This document shows, piece after piece, positions 17,153 to 25,845 of a stretch of DNA of 43,034 nt. The stretch spans positions 1 to 43,034 of the forward strand of contig CAYUMA010000564.1 of assembly GCA_964445675.1 (NCBI GenBank). Reading direction: 5' to 3'. The notes below the pieces were generated by a model, which was not told the origin of the DNA, ran no database searches, and worked only from the letters and a program-made list of their open reading frames with translations. Every line of letters starts with the position of its first letter. Position 1 is the stretch's first letter. The DNA comes from an uncultured Pseudomonadales bacterium. Its GTDB lineage: Bacteria > Pseudomonadota > Gammaproteobacteria > Pseudomonadales > Azotimanducaceae. The position numbers were made by a program, and so were the translations under genes.

Positions 17153-17860
17153 TTGAACGCGATGCAGTCAGACGTTCGGCTTCGATTGGTTCTGGTGGAC
17201 GATCACGCCATCCTACGCGAGGGATTACGCGCACTGCTGGGGCTCGAGATGGATCTCGAGGTGGTTGGCGAGGCCGACAATAGCGACGATGGCTTCGACA
17301 TCGTGAAGCAGATGCAGCCTGACGTGGTCGTTACGGATCTCGGCTTACCGCGGCGCAGCGGCATCCAGTTGATCACGCGGGTGCGTGATGCCGCACCCAA
17401 CGTGCGCGTACTGGTGCTGACGGTACATAACAGCGAGGCGCACATCAGGGCCGCGCTGTCGTCGGGCGCAAGTGGCTACGTACTCAAGGAATCGAGCCGT
17501 GCGGATCTCCTGGACGCGATCCGGACGGTCGCGCGCGGACAGCGCTATCTGTGCCCACCCGTCTCCGCGAAGGTGGTGTCGGGATTCCTCGGCGACAGCG
17601 AATTCCGCGCGGCGGTACCCCTGCAAGGTCTGACGAACCGCGAACGAGAGGTCCTCGCGCTGGTCGCACTTGGTAAGTCGAACAAGCGCATCGCGTCGCA
17701 GCTTATGCTCAGCGTGAAGACGATCGAAAAGCATCGCTCAAACTTCATGCGCAAGCTCAAGCTCCACAACACGGCGGCCGTGACGATGTTCGCCATCTGC
17801 AACGAACTCGTGTCGACCGGTGAGGCGCCGGTAGTTGAGCACCCGGTAACGGGCCGGTAA
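17153..17860 (+). CDS. NarL/FixJ-family response regulator (REC + LuxR-type HTH)
   Basis: RLVLVDDHAILREGL...DVVVTDLGLP (acceptor Asp). C-terminal LTNREREVLALVALGKSNKRIASQLMLSVKTIEKHRSNFMRKL. TTG 17153 has GAGGGG 8 nt upstream; ATG 17162 is an alternative start. Confidence 0.9.
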   Translation: MNAMQSDVRLRLVLVDDHAILREGLRALLGLEMDLEVVGEADNSDDGFDIVKQMQPDVVVTDLGLPRRSGIQLITRVRDAAPNVRVLVLTVHNSEAHIRAALSSGASGYVLKESSRADLLDAIRTVARGQRYLCPPVSAKVVSGFLGDSEFRAAVPLQGLTNREREVLALVALGKSNKRIASQLMLSVKTIEKHRSNFMRKLKLHNTAAVTMFAICNELVSTGEAPVVEHPVTGR

Positions 17861-18316
17861 CGACCAAATCGGGCGAGGATCTACGGCGCGTCGGCATTTC
17901 ACGTGCTAGCTGGCGGGCGCTTTCCCCCTTCGATTCGTGCTCGACTTCGCGTTCTTACGATCCCCATTCGCACTTCACACGGAGCCGACAGCGTCGACGC
18001 AACCCGTGACTACGGTGAGTGCATGTCACGCGCCTACCGAGAAGGCGAACCACCGCAGCACCGCTCACGCAGTCATACGCTTTCATGTCGCAACCTGCGC
18101 ATTGTTGACACTTTCGACGATGGCCAAATCGGGCGCGCGTGTCGCAACTTCACGGCGTCCGTCGCGACCCGATTCCAGCGCCCCTTACCGAAACCGTCAT
18201 GCAGCGGGTAGTCGCCAACAAACGCGTTCGCGATCTCGCGTGCTCCAGTAGACGCCGAGCACTCCCATACCCGTTTGGTTCGCAGTGTCGTCGTCGCACC
18301 GCCGCCGACACGTGTG

Positions 18317-19948
18317 TCAAGCAGGCCCGCCCTGGGACGGTCGTGGCACGCCCGCCTCGGCGTGCGCGAGATGACGCCGCACCGCGTCGACGAGTTGCGG
18401 CAATGCTTCGGCGGCGTCTCCCTTACTCGCGTCGAGCCAATGCGAGGTGTTCAGGAAGTACCCCAGGGCATCCGGCAACGGTGCTTTGTCAATCCGCAAC
18501 GAAATGACCGGGTGGCGCTTCGACATCGCGCGTTCGACCTCTCGCAGCACATGGGGCGATGTCGCTGCGTTGCGCGACAGGATGAGCACCATGACCTTCG
18601 CGACATCCATGGCGTGCACGATGGCATCTGGGTAGAGATCGCCAGGTGTCACATCGCGCGCCGCGACCCAGCACTTCATACCCTCGCGTTCCAGCGCCGC
18701 ACAAACGGCATCGGCAACGGCGATGTCTTCTGAGGCGACGCTGAGAAACACGTCCCGGCCTGCGGCGGGAATTTGGCCTGCACCGGGCCGTGTTGTGGAC
18801 GAGCCTTTCGCTTCGGCGGCCGCTGTACTCCTCCGACGCGTGCCGAGCACGTTGTACGCACTGATGGGGCGCTTGAAGCCGCGCAACTGAAGTTCCCCGA
18901 CCGGAGCGGATTCGAAGTGGCTCTCCACCACCATGAGCAGCCGGCGCGAGACCAGGATCTGGCCGTGCCGCGCCTCCCCGCACAGTCGCGCGGCGAGATT
19001 TGTCACCGCGCCGATCGCGGCGTAGTCCCAACGCCCTTCGAAGCCGATCTCGCCGATCGTCGCAAAACCGTTCGCAATCCCGATCCCGAGGCCGAGATCG
19101 TAGTCGCGCTTGTCCCAGCGCGTTGCCTTGAGCTGCTCGACCCTGTCGCGGATTTCGAGCGCCATGTCGACCGCGCTGCGCTCAGGCTGCTCCACCGGCA
19201 CGGGGTCATTGAAGAAGATCATCATCCCGTCCCCGGTGAAGCGCTCGAGCGTTCCCTTGTGCTGCACAATCAGCTGTCCCACCTCTTTGTGGAACTCGCT
19301 GAGCACCATCATCATTTCCTCGGGTTCCTCCGACTCCGCGAAAGCGGTGAAGCCACGCAGGTCGAGGAAGGCAACGCTGACGTCGCCGCGGTGCGGGCGC
19401 AGCGGATCGTCGGTGGCGCCGCTGACGATCAGCTCCGCGAGCTGCGGCGAAAAGAAGCGTTTCAGCCGCGAGAGGTGCTCGATCGCCGTGACCTGCTCCG
19501 CCACCCTCGCCTCCAGCGTCCGGTTCCAATCGCTGAGCTGCGTCGCCTGCTGTCCGACGAGCCGGTGCAGCTCGCCAATTCGCAGCAACGAGCGCACTCG
19601 CGCCAAAAGCTCCTGGCGATTGATCGGCCTCGTCAAAAAATCGTCCGCACCTGCCTCGATGCCCTTCACGCGCTCCTCGGCCGGATCGAGGGCCGTAATC
19701 ATGACAACCGGAAGCAGCGTCGTGGTCGGGTCCGCGCGAATTCGACGGCACACCTCGTAGCCATCGAGGTCCGGCATCATCACGTCGAGCAGCACGGCAT
19801 CCGGTGCGAATTCTCCGATCGCCGCTAGACCTTCGCGGCCCGAGTGAGCAATCCGCACGTCGTAACCGTGCAGCGCGAGAACGTCGCCCAACAGTTTTCC
19901 GTTAGCGGGTTGGTCGTCTACGACTAAGAGGCGGCCGCGCGTGGTCAT
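18317..19948 (-). CDS. Three-domain signalling protein: receiver (REC), class III adenylate/guanylate-type cyclase, and C-terminal TIR domain
   Basis: REC: LLVVDDQ...LLDVMMPDLDG...ADDFLTRP. Cyclase: VAFLDLRGFT, RFTGDGMMIFF, YAAIGAVTNLAARL. TIR: DVFLSVASEDIAVADAVCAALEREGMKCWVAARDVTPGDLYPDAIVHAMDVAKVMVLILSRNAATSPHVLREVERA. ATGA overlap with the upstream CheY gene. Confidence 0.8.
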   Translation of the reverse strand: MTTRGRLLVVDDQPANGKLLGDVLALHGYDVRIAHSGREGLAAIGEFAPDAVLLDVMMPDLDGYEVCRRIRADPTTTLLPVVMITALDPAEERVKGIEAGADDFLTRPINRQELLARVRSLLRIGELHRLVGQQATQLSDWNRTLEARVAEQVTAIEHLSRLKRFFSPQLAELIVSGATDDPLRPHRGDVSVAFLDLRGFTAFAESEEPEEMMMVLSEFHKEVGQLIVQHKGTLERFTGDGMMIFFNDPVPVEQPERSAVDMALEIRDRVEQLKATRWDKRDYDLGLGIGIANGFATIGEIGFEGRWDYAAIGAVTNLAARLCGEARHGQILVSRRLLMVVESHFESAPVGELQLRGFKRPISAYNVLGTRRRSTAAAEAKGSSTTRPGAGQIPAAGRDVFLSVASEDIAVADAVCAALEREGMKCWVAARDVTPGDLYPDAIVHAMDVAKVMVLILSRNAATSPHVLREVERAMSKRHPVISLRIDKAPLPDALGYFLNTSHWLDASKGDAAEALPQLVDAVRRHLAHAEAGVPRPSQGGPA

Positions 19949-20331
19949 CCGGGTTTTCCTCGCAACGCGAGTCCCTCACCAACGAGTTCGGCAAGTCTGA
20001 GTACGCGGATCGGCTTGGTCTCATAGCCGTCGAAACCCGCCGCGAGAATCTGATTCCGCTCCTCGGGGAGAGCCGACGCGGTTAGCGCGATCACAGGGAC
20101 GTCGTGCGTCGCCGGGTCTGCGCGCAGGCAACGCAGTGCCGCGACGCCATCCATGCCGGGTAGTTGGATGTCCATCAGCACCAGATCGGGTCTGCGTTCC
20201 TTGGCCATCGCGAGACCCTGTTCGGCGGTACCCGCTTCGACGACTTCGAAGCCGCGAAAGCGCAGAACGTCCCGCACGAGCTTGCGGTTGATCTCAACGT
20301 CCTCGATCACCAGGATCAGCTCACCCGCCAT
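19945..20331 (-). CDS. Single-domain CheY-like response regulator
   Basis: Start at ATG 20331 (MAGELILVIEDVEINRKL...DLVLMDIQLPGMDG...FDGYETKPI). The track ORF start at 20559 lies inside the kinase gene and was rejected. Confidence 0.85.
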   Translation of the reverse strand: MAGELILVIEDVEINRKLVRDVLRFRGFEVVEAGTAEQGLAMAKERRPDLVLMDIQLPGMDGVAALRCLRADPATHDVPVIALTASALPEERNQILAAGFDGYETKPIRVLRLAELVGEGLALRGKPG

Positions 20332-23326
20332 GAGGCCCTCCGGCGCCGGCATCCGTGGCGCGCAGGTCGTGTGTGGTTTCACGCTCCCACTGCTGCCGCC
20401 GCTCGATCGCCGCGCGCACGAGCTTGACGAACTCCTCGCGGTCGAAACCCGATTTGCGGCCAAGATGCGCGATGCGGCCTTGCAGGCGGCGTTTCTCCGC
20501 GATGGAGAGTGACCGCATTGTAAGGACCACGATCGGAATGTGCGCAGTCGACGGATCATCCTTCAGTAGCTTCGAAGTCTCAAAGCCGTCCATTCGCGGC
20601 AGAATGAGGTCGAGAACGATCAGATCCGGGACATGTGCGCGTGCCATTTCGATGCCTTCCTCGCCGGAAAGGGCCTCCAACACGTGGAACCCGTGCGGTT
20701 GGAGTGTGGCGCGGATCAGCTCGATTGATTGTGGATCGTCGTCGATGGCAAGTACCGTCTTGGCAGCGTTATGGGGTTTTGCCGCATAGACCCGGCGGAT
20801 CGTCTCGACGAGATGGACTGGGTCGTAGGGCTTGATCAAATAGTCATCGGCGCCGAGCGCGAGGCCCTTGCCGCGTTCCTCGACGATCGAAACGATCACG
20901 ACCGGGATGTCTGCAATCTGCGGATCGCTGCGCAGCGCAGTCAGGAATTCCCAGCCGTTCAGTTCCGGCAACAGGATATCGAGAACAATCGCACGCGGAC
21001 GCAGGCGTCTCGCGAGGTTGAGACCCGTCCTGCCGTCATTGGCAATCTGAACCGCGATCCCACTGTCGCGCAGGTGAATCGACAGGAGGTTGGCGGAAGC
21101 AACATCGTCTTCGACCACTAGCACGAATTCACCGGAAGGCGAAGTCGAGGTCCTTCGCTCGCGCAACGGATTTGGCGGGCCGACGTTGGAAGCCGACAGT
21201 GCGGCGTGCGCAATGTCGCGTAGCGGCAGCGAGAACGTGAACGTGCTGCCCTCGCCGAGCTCGCTCTCGACCCACAGCCGGCCGCCGTGCAGCTCCACGA
21301 TCCGACGCGCCAGCGTGAGGCCGAGCCCGGTGCCTTCCACTTTGCGGGTGTACTCCGTTTCGGCCTGGCGGAATGCGTCGAAGATCCGCTCCTGGTCGCT
21401 TTCAGCGATACCAATGCCGGTGTCGATCACGTCGAACTCGATCATGTCGCCGGCAAGTCGGGCCTGTACCGTCACCGAGCCGCCCTCATCGGTGAACTTC
21501 ACGGCGTTCGTCAGCAGGTTGAGCATCACCTGTTTGAACTTACGCTCATCGGCGACGACCGACTGCGGACACCCGGTCGAGTCGAAGCGGAGCTTCACGC
21601 CGCGACGCTGCGCGCGCTCCTTGACGAGCGTGAACGCGTTGCCGAGCGCTGCGGGCAGATCGAACATGCTCGGCGAGAGCTCCATCTGACCCGCCTCTAT
21701 CTTCGACAGATCGAGGATGTCATTGATCAAATTTAGCAGGTGACGACCCGCCCCCAGGATGTCGTTGAGGTACTCGTCCTGTTTGTCATTGAGCTCCCCG
21801 AACATGCGCTCGATCAGCACCTCCGAGAACCCGATCACGGCGTTCAGCGGGGTGCGCAGCTCGTGCGACATGTTCGCGAGGAACTCGGATTTGTGTCGGT
21901 TGGCGGCCTCGATCTCGCGTCCCTTCTGCTCGAGCTCCCGAAACAACTGCGCGTTTTCTATGGCGCTGGCCGCATGCGCAGCGAAGGTCTGCAGCACACG
22001 CAGCGTCGCGACGCCAATTGTGCGCCGCGAAGAGCGGTTGTCGCAGCCAAGCACGCCGATTGCGTTGCCGCGCACGCGCAGAGGCAGCAGCACGGACACG
22101 CTATCGGGCGCGGGCATGTCCGGGTTCGCCTGATCCTCCAAACCCAGCGGGTGGGGCTCATCGCGCCCCTCGACGTATAGCAGCGCGACGCCTTCGCGAC
22201 TGACGCGCGCAAGTGCGCTCTCCCCTGCGAAAGGCAGCACGGTATCTTGCAGCATGTCGAACTCGGTATCCGGAACCCCGGCAGTCGCGAGCGTCAGCAG
22301 ATGTTCGCCGTCTGCGTCGAGCGCCCAAACGCAGAGACGATCAATGCCGACCAGCTCGCGCGCGCCGTCTAGAACCCGCGTCAGGGCGTCGCGGAGTGAC
22401 AGCGGCTCCAGCATCGACGCGGAGAGCTGATACAGCTGCTCCAGCTCCGCCGTCCGCTTGCCGATCCGCCCTTCGAGCGTCTGGTTGAGATCGCGAAGGT
22501 CCCGCATCGCCGATTCCTTCTGCGCGATGTTGCTCTCCAGCGAGCGAGCCATCTCGTTGAAGGTCGACGCGAGCTGGCCGATCTCGTCCCGCGTCTCGAC
22601 CGGGATCGTCTGATCCAGATGACCGTCCGCGATGGCCCGCGCGCGGGCGGTCAGCTGGTTGATCGGACGGGTGATGTGCTGGGAGACGAAATACACCGAC
22701 AGCAGCGACAACAGAACGAAGCCGGCCGCAAGCCCGGTCCAGAGCCGTATCAGAGCCGTTGTGCCACGCTGCACGGAGGCGAGCGACAGTCCGACCCGCA
22801 CGAAGCCGGTGTTGCGGCTCATGCTGCCCGACTCGCGCTCCGGACCGAGGCCAAGCACCGCCTCGTCGGGCGTACCGAGCGACGTCGTCAGGATGGGCGC
22901 AAAGAACTCGAGATACCGACGGCTGGGCTCCGCCTGCGACGCCGATGGACCCTTCTCCCGCAACATCCCCTCGCGCAGCACGTCTGACAGCGGTGCAGCG
23001 TCACGGGTGAGCCCCGACGCGGCCAGCGCACCGCCGTCGGGGCCGTAAATGAAGACGTAGGCAACGTCCGCGTCGCCGCCGACGGCTTGAACTGCAGGCC
23101 GCAGCGACTCGGCGTCCTCGGCAATCACTCCAAGCTCGCTGGCCGCCGCCAGGGTGCTGGCTATGTCGAGGCCGCGCTTCTGGAACTGGTCCTGCGAGAG
23201 ACTGCGCTGGAGCTGGATGCTCGCGAGCCCGACGAGCGCGAATACGGCCACCAGGGTCGGCACCAGCGACCAGAAGATCCGCGCGCGGAGCGTCGAGCGG
23301 TCGACAAGCCGGCCCCAGATGGTCAC
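20321..23326 (-). CDS. Hybrid sensor histidine kinase: 2 TM with a periplasmic loop, HAMP, GAF, HisKA, HATPase_c and two receiver domains
   Basis: TM1 IFWSLVPTLVAVFALVGLASI and TM2 LWTGLAAGFVLLSLLSVYFV. HAMP: PINQLTARARAIADGHLDQ. H-box FLANMSHELRTPLN. DTGIGI and GTGLGL boxes. REC1 VLVVEDD...VLDILLPELNG; REC2 VLAIDDD...VLDLILPRMDG. GTGA overlap with the OMP gene. Confidence 0.9.
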   Translation of the reverse strand: MTIWGRLVDRSTLRARIFWSLVPTLVAVFALVGLASIQLQRSLSQDQFQKRGLDIASTLAAASELGVIAEDAESLRPAVQAVGGDADVAYVFIYGPDGGALAASGLTRDAAPLSDVLREGMLREKGPSASQAEPSRRYLEFFAPILTTSLGTPDEAVLGLGPERESGSMSRNTGFVRVGLSLASVQRGTTALIRLWTGLAAGFVLLSLLSVYFVSQHITRPINQLTARARAIADGHLDQTIPVETRDEIGQLASTFNEMARSLESNIAQKESAMRDLRDLNQTLEGRIGKRTAELEQLYQLSASMLEPLSLRDALTRVLDGARELVGIDRLCVWALDADGEHLLTLATAGVPDTEFDMLQDTVLPFAGESALARVSREGVALLYVEGRDEPHPLGLEDQANPDMPAPDSVSVLLPLRVRGNAIGVLGCDNRSSRRTIGVATLRVLQTFAAHAASAIENAQLFRELEQKGREIEAANRHKSEFLANMSHELRTPLNAVIGFSEVLIERMFGELNDKQDEYLNDILGAGRHLLNLINDILDLSKIEAGQMELSPSMFDLPAALGNAFTLVKERAQRRGVKLRFDSTGCPQSVVADERKFKQVMLNLLTNAVKFTDEGGSVTVQARLAGDMIEFDVIDTGIGIAESDQERIFDAFRQAETEYTRKVEGTGLGLTLARRIVELHGGRLWVESELGEGSTFTFSLPLRDIAHAALSASNVGPPNPLRERRTSTSPSGEFVLVVEDDVASANLLSIHLRDSGIAVQIANDGRTGLNLARRLRPRAIVLDILLPELNGWEFLTALRSDPQIADIPVVIVSIVEERGKGLALGADDYLIKPYDPVHLVETIRRVYAAKPHNAAKTVLAIDDDPQSIELIRATLQPHGFHVLEALSGEEGIEMARAHVPDLIVLDLILPRMDGFETSKLLKDDPSTAHIPIVVLTMRSLSIAEKRRLQGRIAHLGRKSGFDREEFVKLVRAAIERRQQWERETTHDLRATDAGAGGPHGG

Positions 23327-24603
23327 CGCGGCGCTCCAAACGTGTATTCAAAGCCGAACGCCCAGACTGAATCGGCGCGCAGACCATTATCGCGGTTGAG
23401 CGGCACAATGAAGTTGGTGAGCACCACGACCGAGCGGTAGGCCTCGAATTTGACGCCGAACGCGGCATCCAAAATGGAAGTGCTTTCCGACGATTCCGAT
23501 GGCTCCCAGCGACCCACGATCTGCGCGACGGTGGTCACGCGCGGGGTCACGCGCACATCGAACCCGGCTTGATATTGCACGTCGTCAGCCCCACCGCTCA
23601 CGAACTGATAGCCTGCGTTCAGATACGTCGTCACCCTCCCAAATGCCTTGTCCGCGACCAGCATACCCATCCAGCCCCAGTTGCCGGTGCCGAGGAGATT
23701 GTTCTCGTCTCCGGTCGGCGCTTCGAGGTGTGCGACGAATGCGAGCGCGGGCTTCCAACCGTCGTCGTTCCCGACGTGGTATTTCGCACGCACGCGGAGA
23801 TCACCGATTCCGCTGGCGCTGCCCTTCACGGATGAATCCGGCACGTCTTCATCTCCCGTCGCGGGATCGGCAAAGTTGTGCACATCTGTGCTCGGCGGAT
23901 TCGTTGCGTTGCGCTCGATGCTGGCGTGAGCATGTGCCTGCAGATCGTTCCTGAGCAACGGAATCGCAATCCCTACATCGAGGTCTTGCGTGATCCCAAA
24001 ATTCCCGTACACCGCGTAGACGTGCTGCGTGAGCTCAACGTCCATGTCGACGCGCACACGATCCGTTTCGACGTCGAAGAGGTAGGGGGGGGCGAGGTTC
24101 GGATTCGGTCCGAGGATGCCGTCGCCATTCACGTCATCATGAGTGAAAAACAGCGTCAGATTGTGGAGATTCTCACCGTTGAAGTACTTGTAATCGACAC
24201 GAGCGTACGTAAACCCCACGCTGAGTCGGTGCTCTCCGATGGTCTCGGCGCGTTCCGCGAGAATCGGACCGAGGCTATCAGTGGTGCGCACGGGAACCCC
24301 GGTCTCGAAATCGAACGTGAAGCTCGCCGCCGTCGAGTTGAGCGCCAAAAATCCGAGCTTGCTCGAAAGACTACTGCCGAGTTGATTCAGCTCCTCCAGC
24401 GATGAAGAGTTGAAGTGAGGCGCGTGACTGGTGCCATTGAATGTCGTCGTGTCGAGCATGATTCCATCGCCGCCGTACAGGCTCGTGACCAACGTCGATA
24501 GATCGTCCGCCCGTGCCCCCGCAGGCGCCAACGCCGCCAGCAAAACAGCGGCTTGGGCACATGCGACTAGGCGCGATGTGTACAGCGATCGGTGGCGACT
24601 CAT
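23323..24603 (-). CDS. Outer-membrane beta-barrel protein (putative channel)
   Basis: Signal peptide ...AVLLAALAPAGARA|DD. Alternating amphipathic strands and an aromatic-rich C-terminal strand VWAFGFEYTF. SD gaggag upstream of ATG 24603. Confidence 0.65.
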   Translation of the reverse strand: MSRHRSLYTSRLVACAQAAVLLAALAPAGARADDLSTLVTSLYGGDGIMLDTTTFNGTSHAPHFNSSSLEELNQLGSSLSSKLGFLALNSTAASFTFDFETGVPVRTTDSLGPILAERAETIGEHRLSVGFTYARVDYKYFNGENLHNLTLFFTHDDVNGDGILGPNPNLAPPYLFDVETDRVRVDMDVELTQHVYAVYGNFGITQDLDVGIAIPLLRNDLQAHAHASIERNATNPPSTDVHNFADPATGDEDVPDSSVKGSASGIGDLRVRAKYHVGNDDGWKPALAFVAHLEAPTGDENNLLGTGNWGWMGMLVADKAFGRVTTYLNAGYQFVSGGADDVQYQAGFDVRVTPRVTTVAQIVGRWEPSESSESTSILDAAFGVKFEAYRSVVVLTNFIVPLNRDNGLRADSVWAFGFEYTFGAPR

Positions 24604-24625
24604 GATAGAACTCGACTCCTCATTT

Positions 24626-25585
24626 TTATTGAATCAGCTCACTCGCGCTGATCAATATGCTCTGTGGAATCTCGACACCAAGCTTGCGGGCAGCTTTAAG
24701 GTTAACGGTGAGGGAGACGCGCCGCGCCGTTGTTGGCGGAACCTCCGCGGGGCTTTTGCCGTCGAGGATGATGCGCGCGAGCTCGCCCGCCTGGCGCCCG
24801 ATGTCCTCGCTGCTCGCGAACGTGAGTGCGAGCAGCGCGCCCATCTCGGCCTGCCGCTCCGAAACTCCGAGAATCGGGATGCCGCCCCGATGCGACGCCA
24901 GAAACACATACTTCGTGACCGGCGGCGCGAGCAGGGTTTCATCGGGCAGATACCAGAAGGCATCGATGCCCTCGCGTTGGAGCGCGTCGAAGGCCTGGAT
25001 CGCCTCCCCAACCGTTCGTGCGTCACGCGCGATCAAGTCAATGCCTAACGGCCCGGCAAGTTCTCGCGCTTCGCGCATCAAATAGCCAGTTTTCGATTCA
25101 TTGAAGACGACTCCAATCCGTCGCACCGCAGGACCCAGTTGGCGCAGAAGCCGCAGGTTGTCGGCGACCGGCACGTTCATGCTCGCACCCGTGACCCCGG
25201 TTACCCCCGTCCCGATCATACTGGCCGGATTCAACACCATCGCATAGACGACGGGAACGTCGCTGGGCTGATCAAGCGCCGCCTGCAATGCCCAGACGCC
25301 GATCGCGAACACGAGATCCGGCTTCTCGCCCGCGGCAGTGAGGAACTCCCGCCCACGCTGGACGCTGCCGTCCATCTGACGGACCACGATTTCGTGTTCC
25401 GAGTCCAGGCCGTCCTTGAAGCCGAGCAGTGCTTCTTCATAAGCCTGAACCGGCGCGCTCATCAGAACTGTCACCTGGCGTCCGCCGGCCCCAACGGCAG
25501 CGCCGAGCCAGACAAGGCCGACTGAGAGCACGATGGCAGACGATAGACGCACTGCTATCCCTGTGTCCTTTTTTCGTTGGGTCAT
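24626..25585 (-). CDS. Periplasmic ABC_sub_bind-type substrate-binding protein with no transporter partners nearby; probable sensor accessory
   Basis: Start at ATG 25585 (MTQRKKDTGIAVRLSSAIVLSVGLVWLGAA). Pattern VTVLMSAPVQAYEEALLGFKDGL...PDLVFAIGVWALQAA...VPVVYAMV...TGVTGASMNVP...RIGVVFNE...IDAFWYLPDE...IPILG is typical of the PF04392-like family. Confidence 0.7.
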   Translation of the reverse strand: MTQRKKDTGIAVRLSSAIVLSVGLVWLGAAVGAGGRQVTVLMSAPVQAYEEALLGFKDGLDSEHEIVVRQMDGSVQRGREFLTAAGEKPDLVFAIGVWALQAALDQPSDVPVVYAMVLNPASMIGTGVTGVTGASMNVPVADNLRLLRQLGPAVRRIGVVFNESKTGYLMREARELAGPLGIDLIARDARTVGEAIQAFDALQREGIDAFWYLPDETLLAPPVTKYVFLASHRGGIPILGVSERQAEMGALLALTFASSEDIGRQAGELARIILDGKSPAEVPPTTARRVSLTVNLKAARKLGVEIPQSILISASELIQ

Positions 25586-25845
25586 CCTACCCCGCGCGCG
25601 GCCTTTGCCGTAGTCCCGACTCGTAGTCGCGATGCGCGACCGCGTTGCGGCTTGCGCCGGTACCAAGGCGTCCGGCGATTGGCAAGAATCGGCGGAGGAG
25701 AAAGCGAGAACACCGGCTGCTCCTTTATTTCACCAGCCCCCGCACAAGATCGTCGGCATAGATGGTGGACGTGCCGACCACGCTCGCCGGAGCGCCCCCT
25801 TTGTCAAATTGGTTGAAAAACCTCATTCGCCCTGACGCCCTGGCG

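Noticed and set aside
17903-18733. Track ORFs 17903-18211, 17937-18251, 18139-18507 and 18275-18733 in or near the convergent spacer.
   Set aside because: They overlap each other in different frames, have Arg/Ser/Cys-rich low-complexity translations, and partly run antisense to the TIR-coding region.
18317-19948. Classifying the cyclase-TIR protein as a Pycsar- or CBASS-type anti-phage module.
   Set aside because: Those systems use a stand-alone cyclase plus a separate effector with a nucleotide-sensing domain. Here there is a receiver domain, an ordinary class III signalling-type cyclase core, no cNMP-binding domain, and an operon of envelope sensor proteins. A defence role is not excluded, but it cannot be assigned to a known system.
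19945-20559. N-terminal extensions of track ORFs: 19945-20559, 24626-25666, 26631-28073, 33394-34884, 38326-39459, 39736-40770, 14303-14899, 16241-17011 and 4548-5093.
   Set aside because: The extensions overlap upstream genes or are Arg-rich non-signal sequence. Internal starts give proper signal peptides, lipoboxes or prepilin leaders, and often 1-4-nt coupling with the preceding stop codon.
25725-25826. 33-aa ORF on the - strand (MRFFNQFDKGGAPASVVGTSTIYADDLVRGLVK) upstream of the SBP gene.
   Set aside because: Protein-like composition, but too short, with a weak SD and no recognisable family. It could be a gene-end fragment belonging to the scar region.
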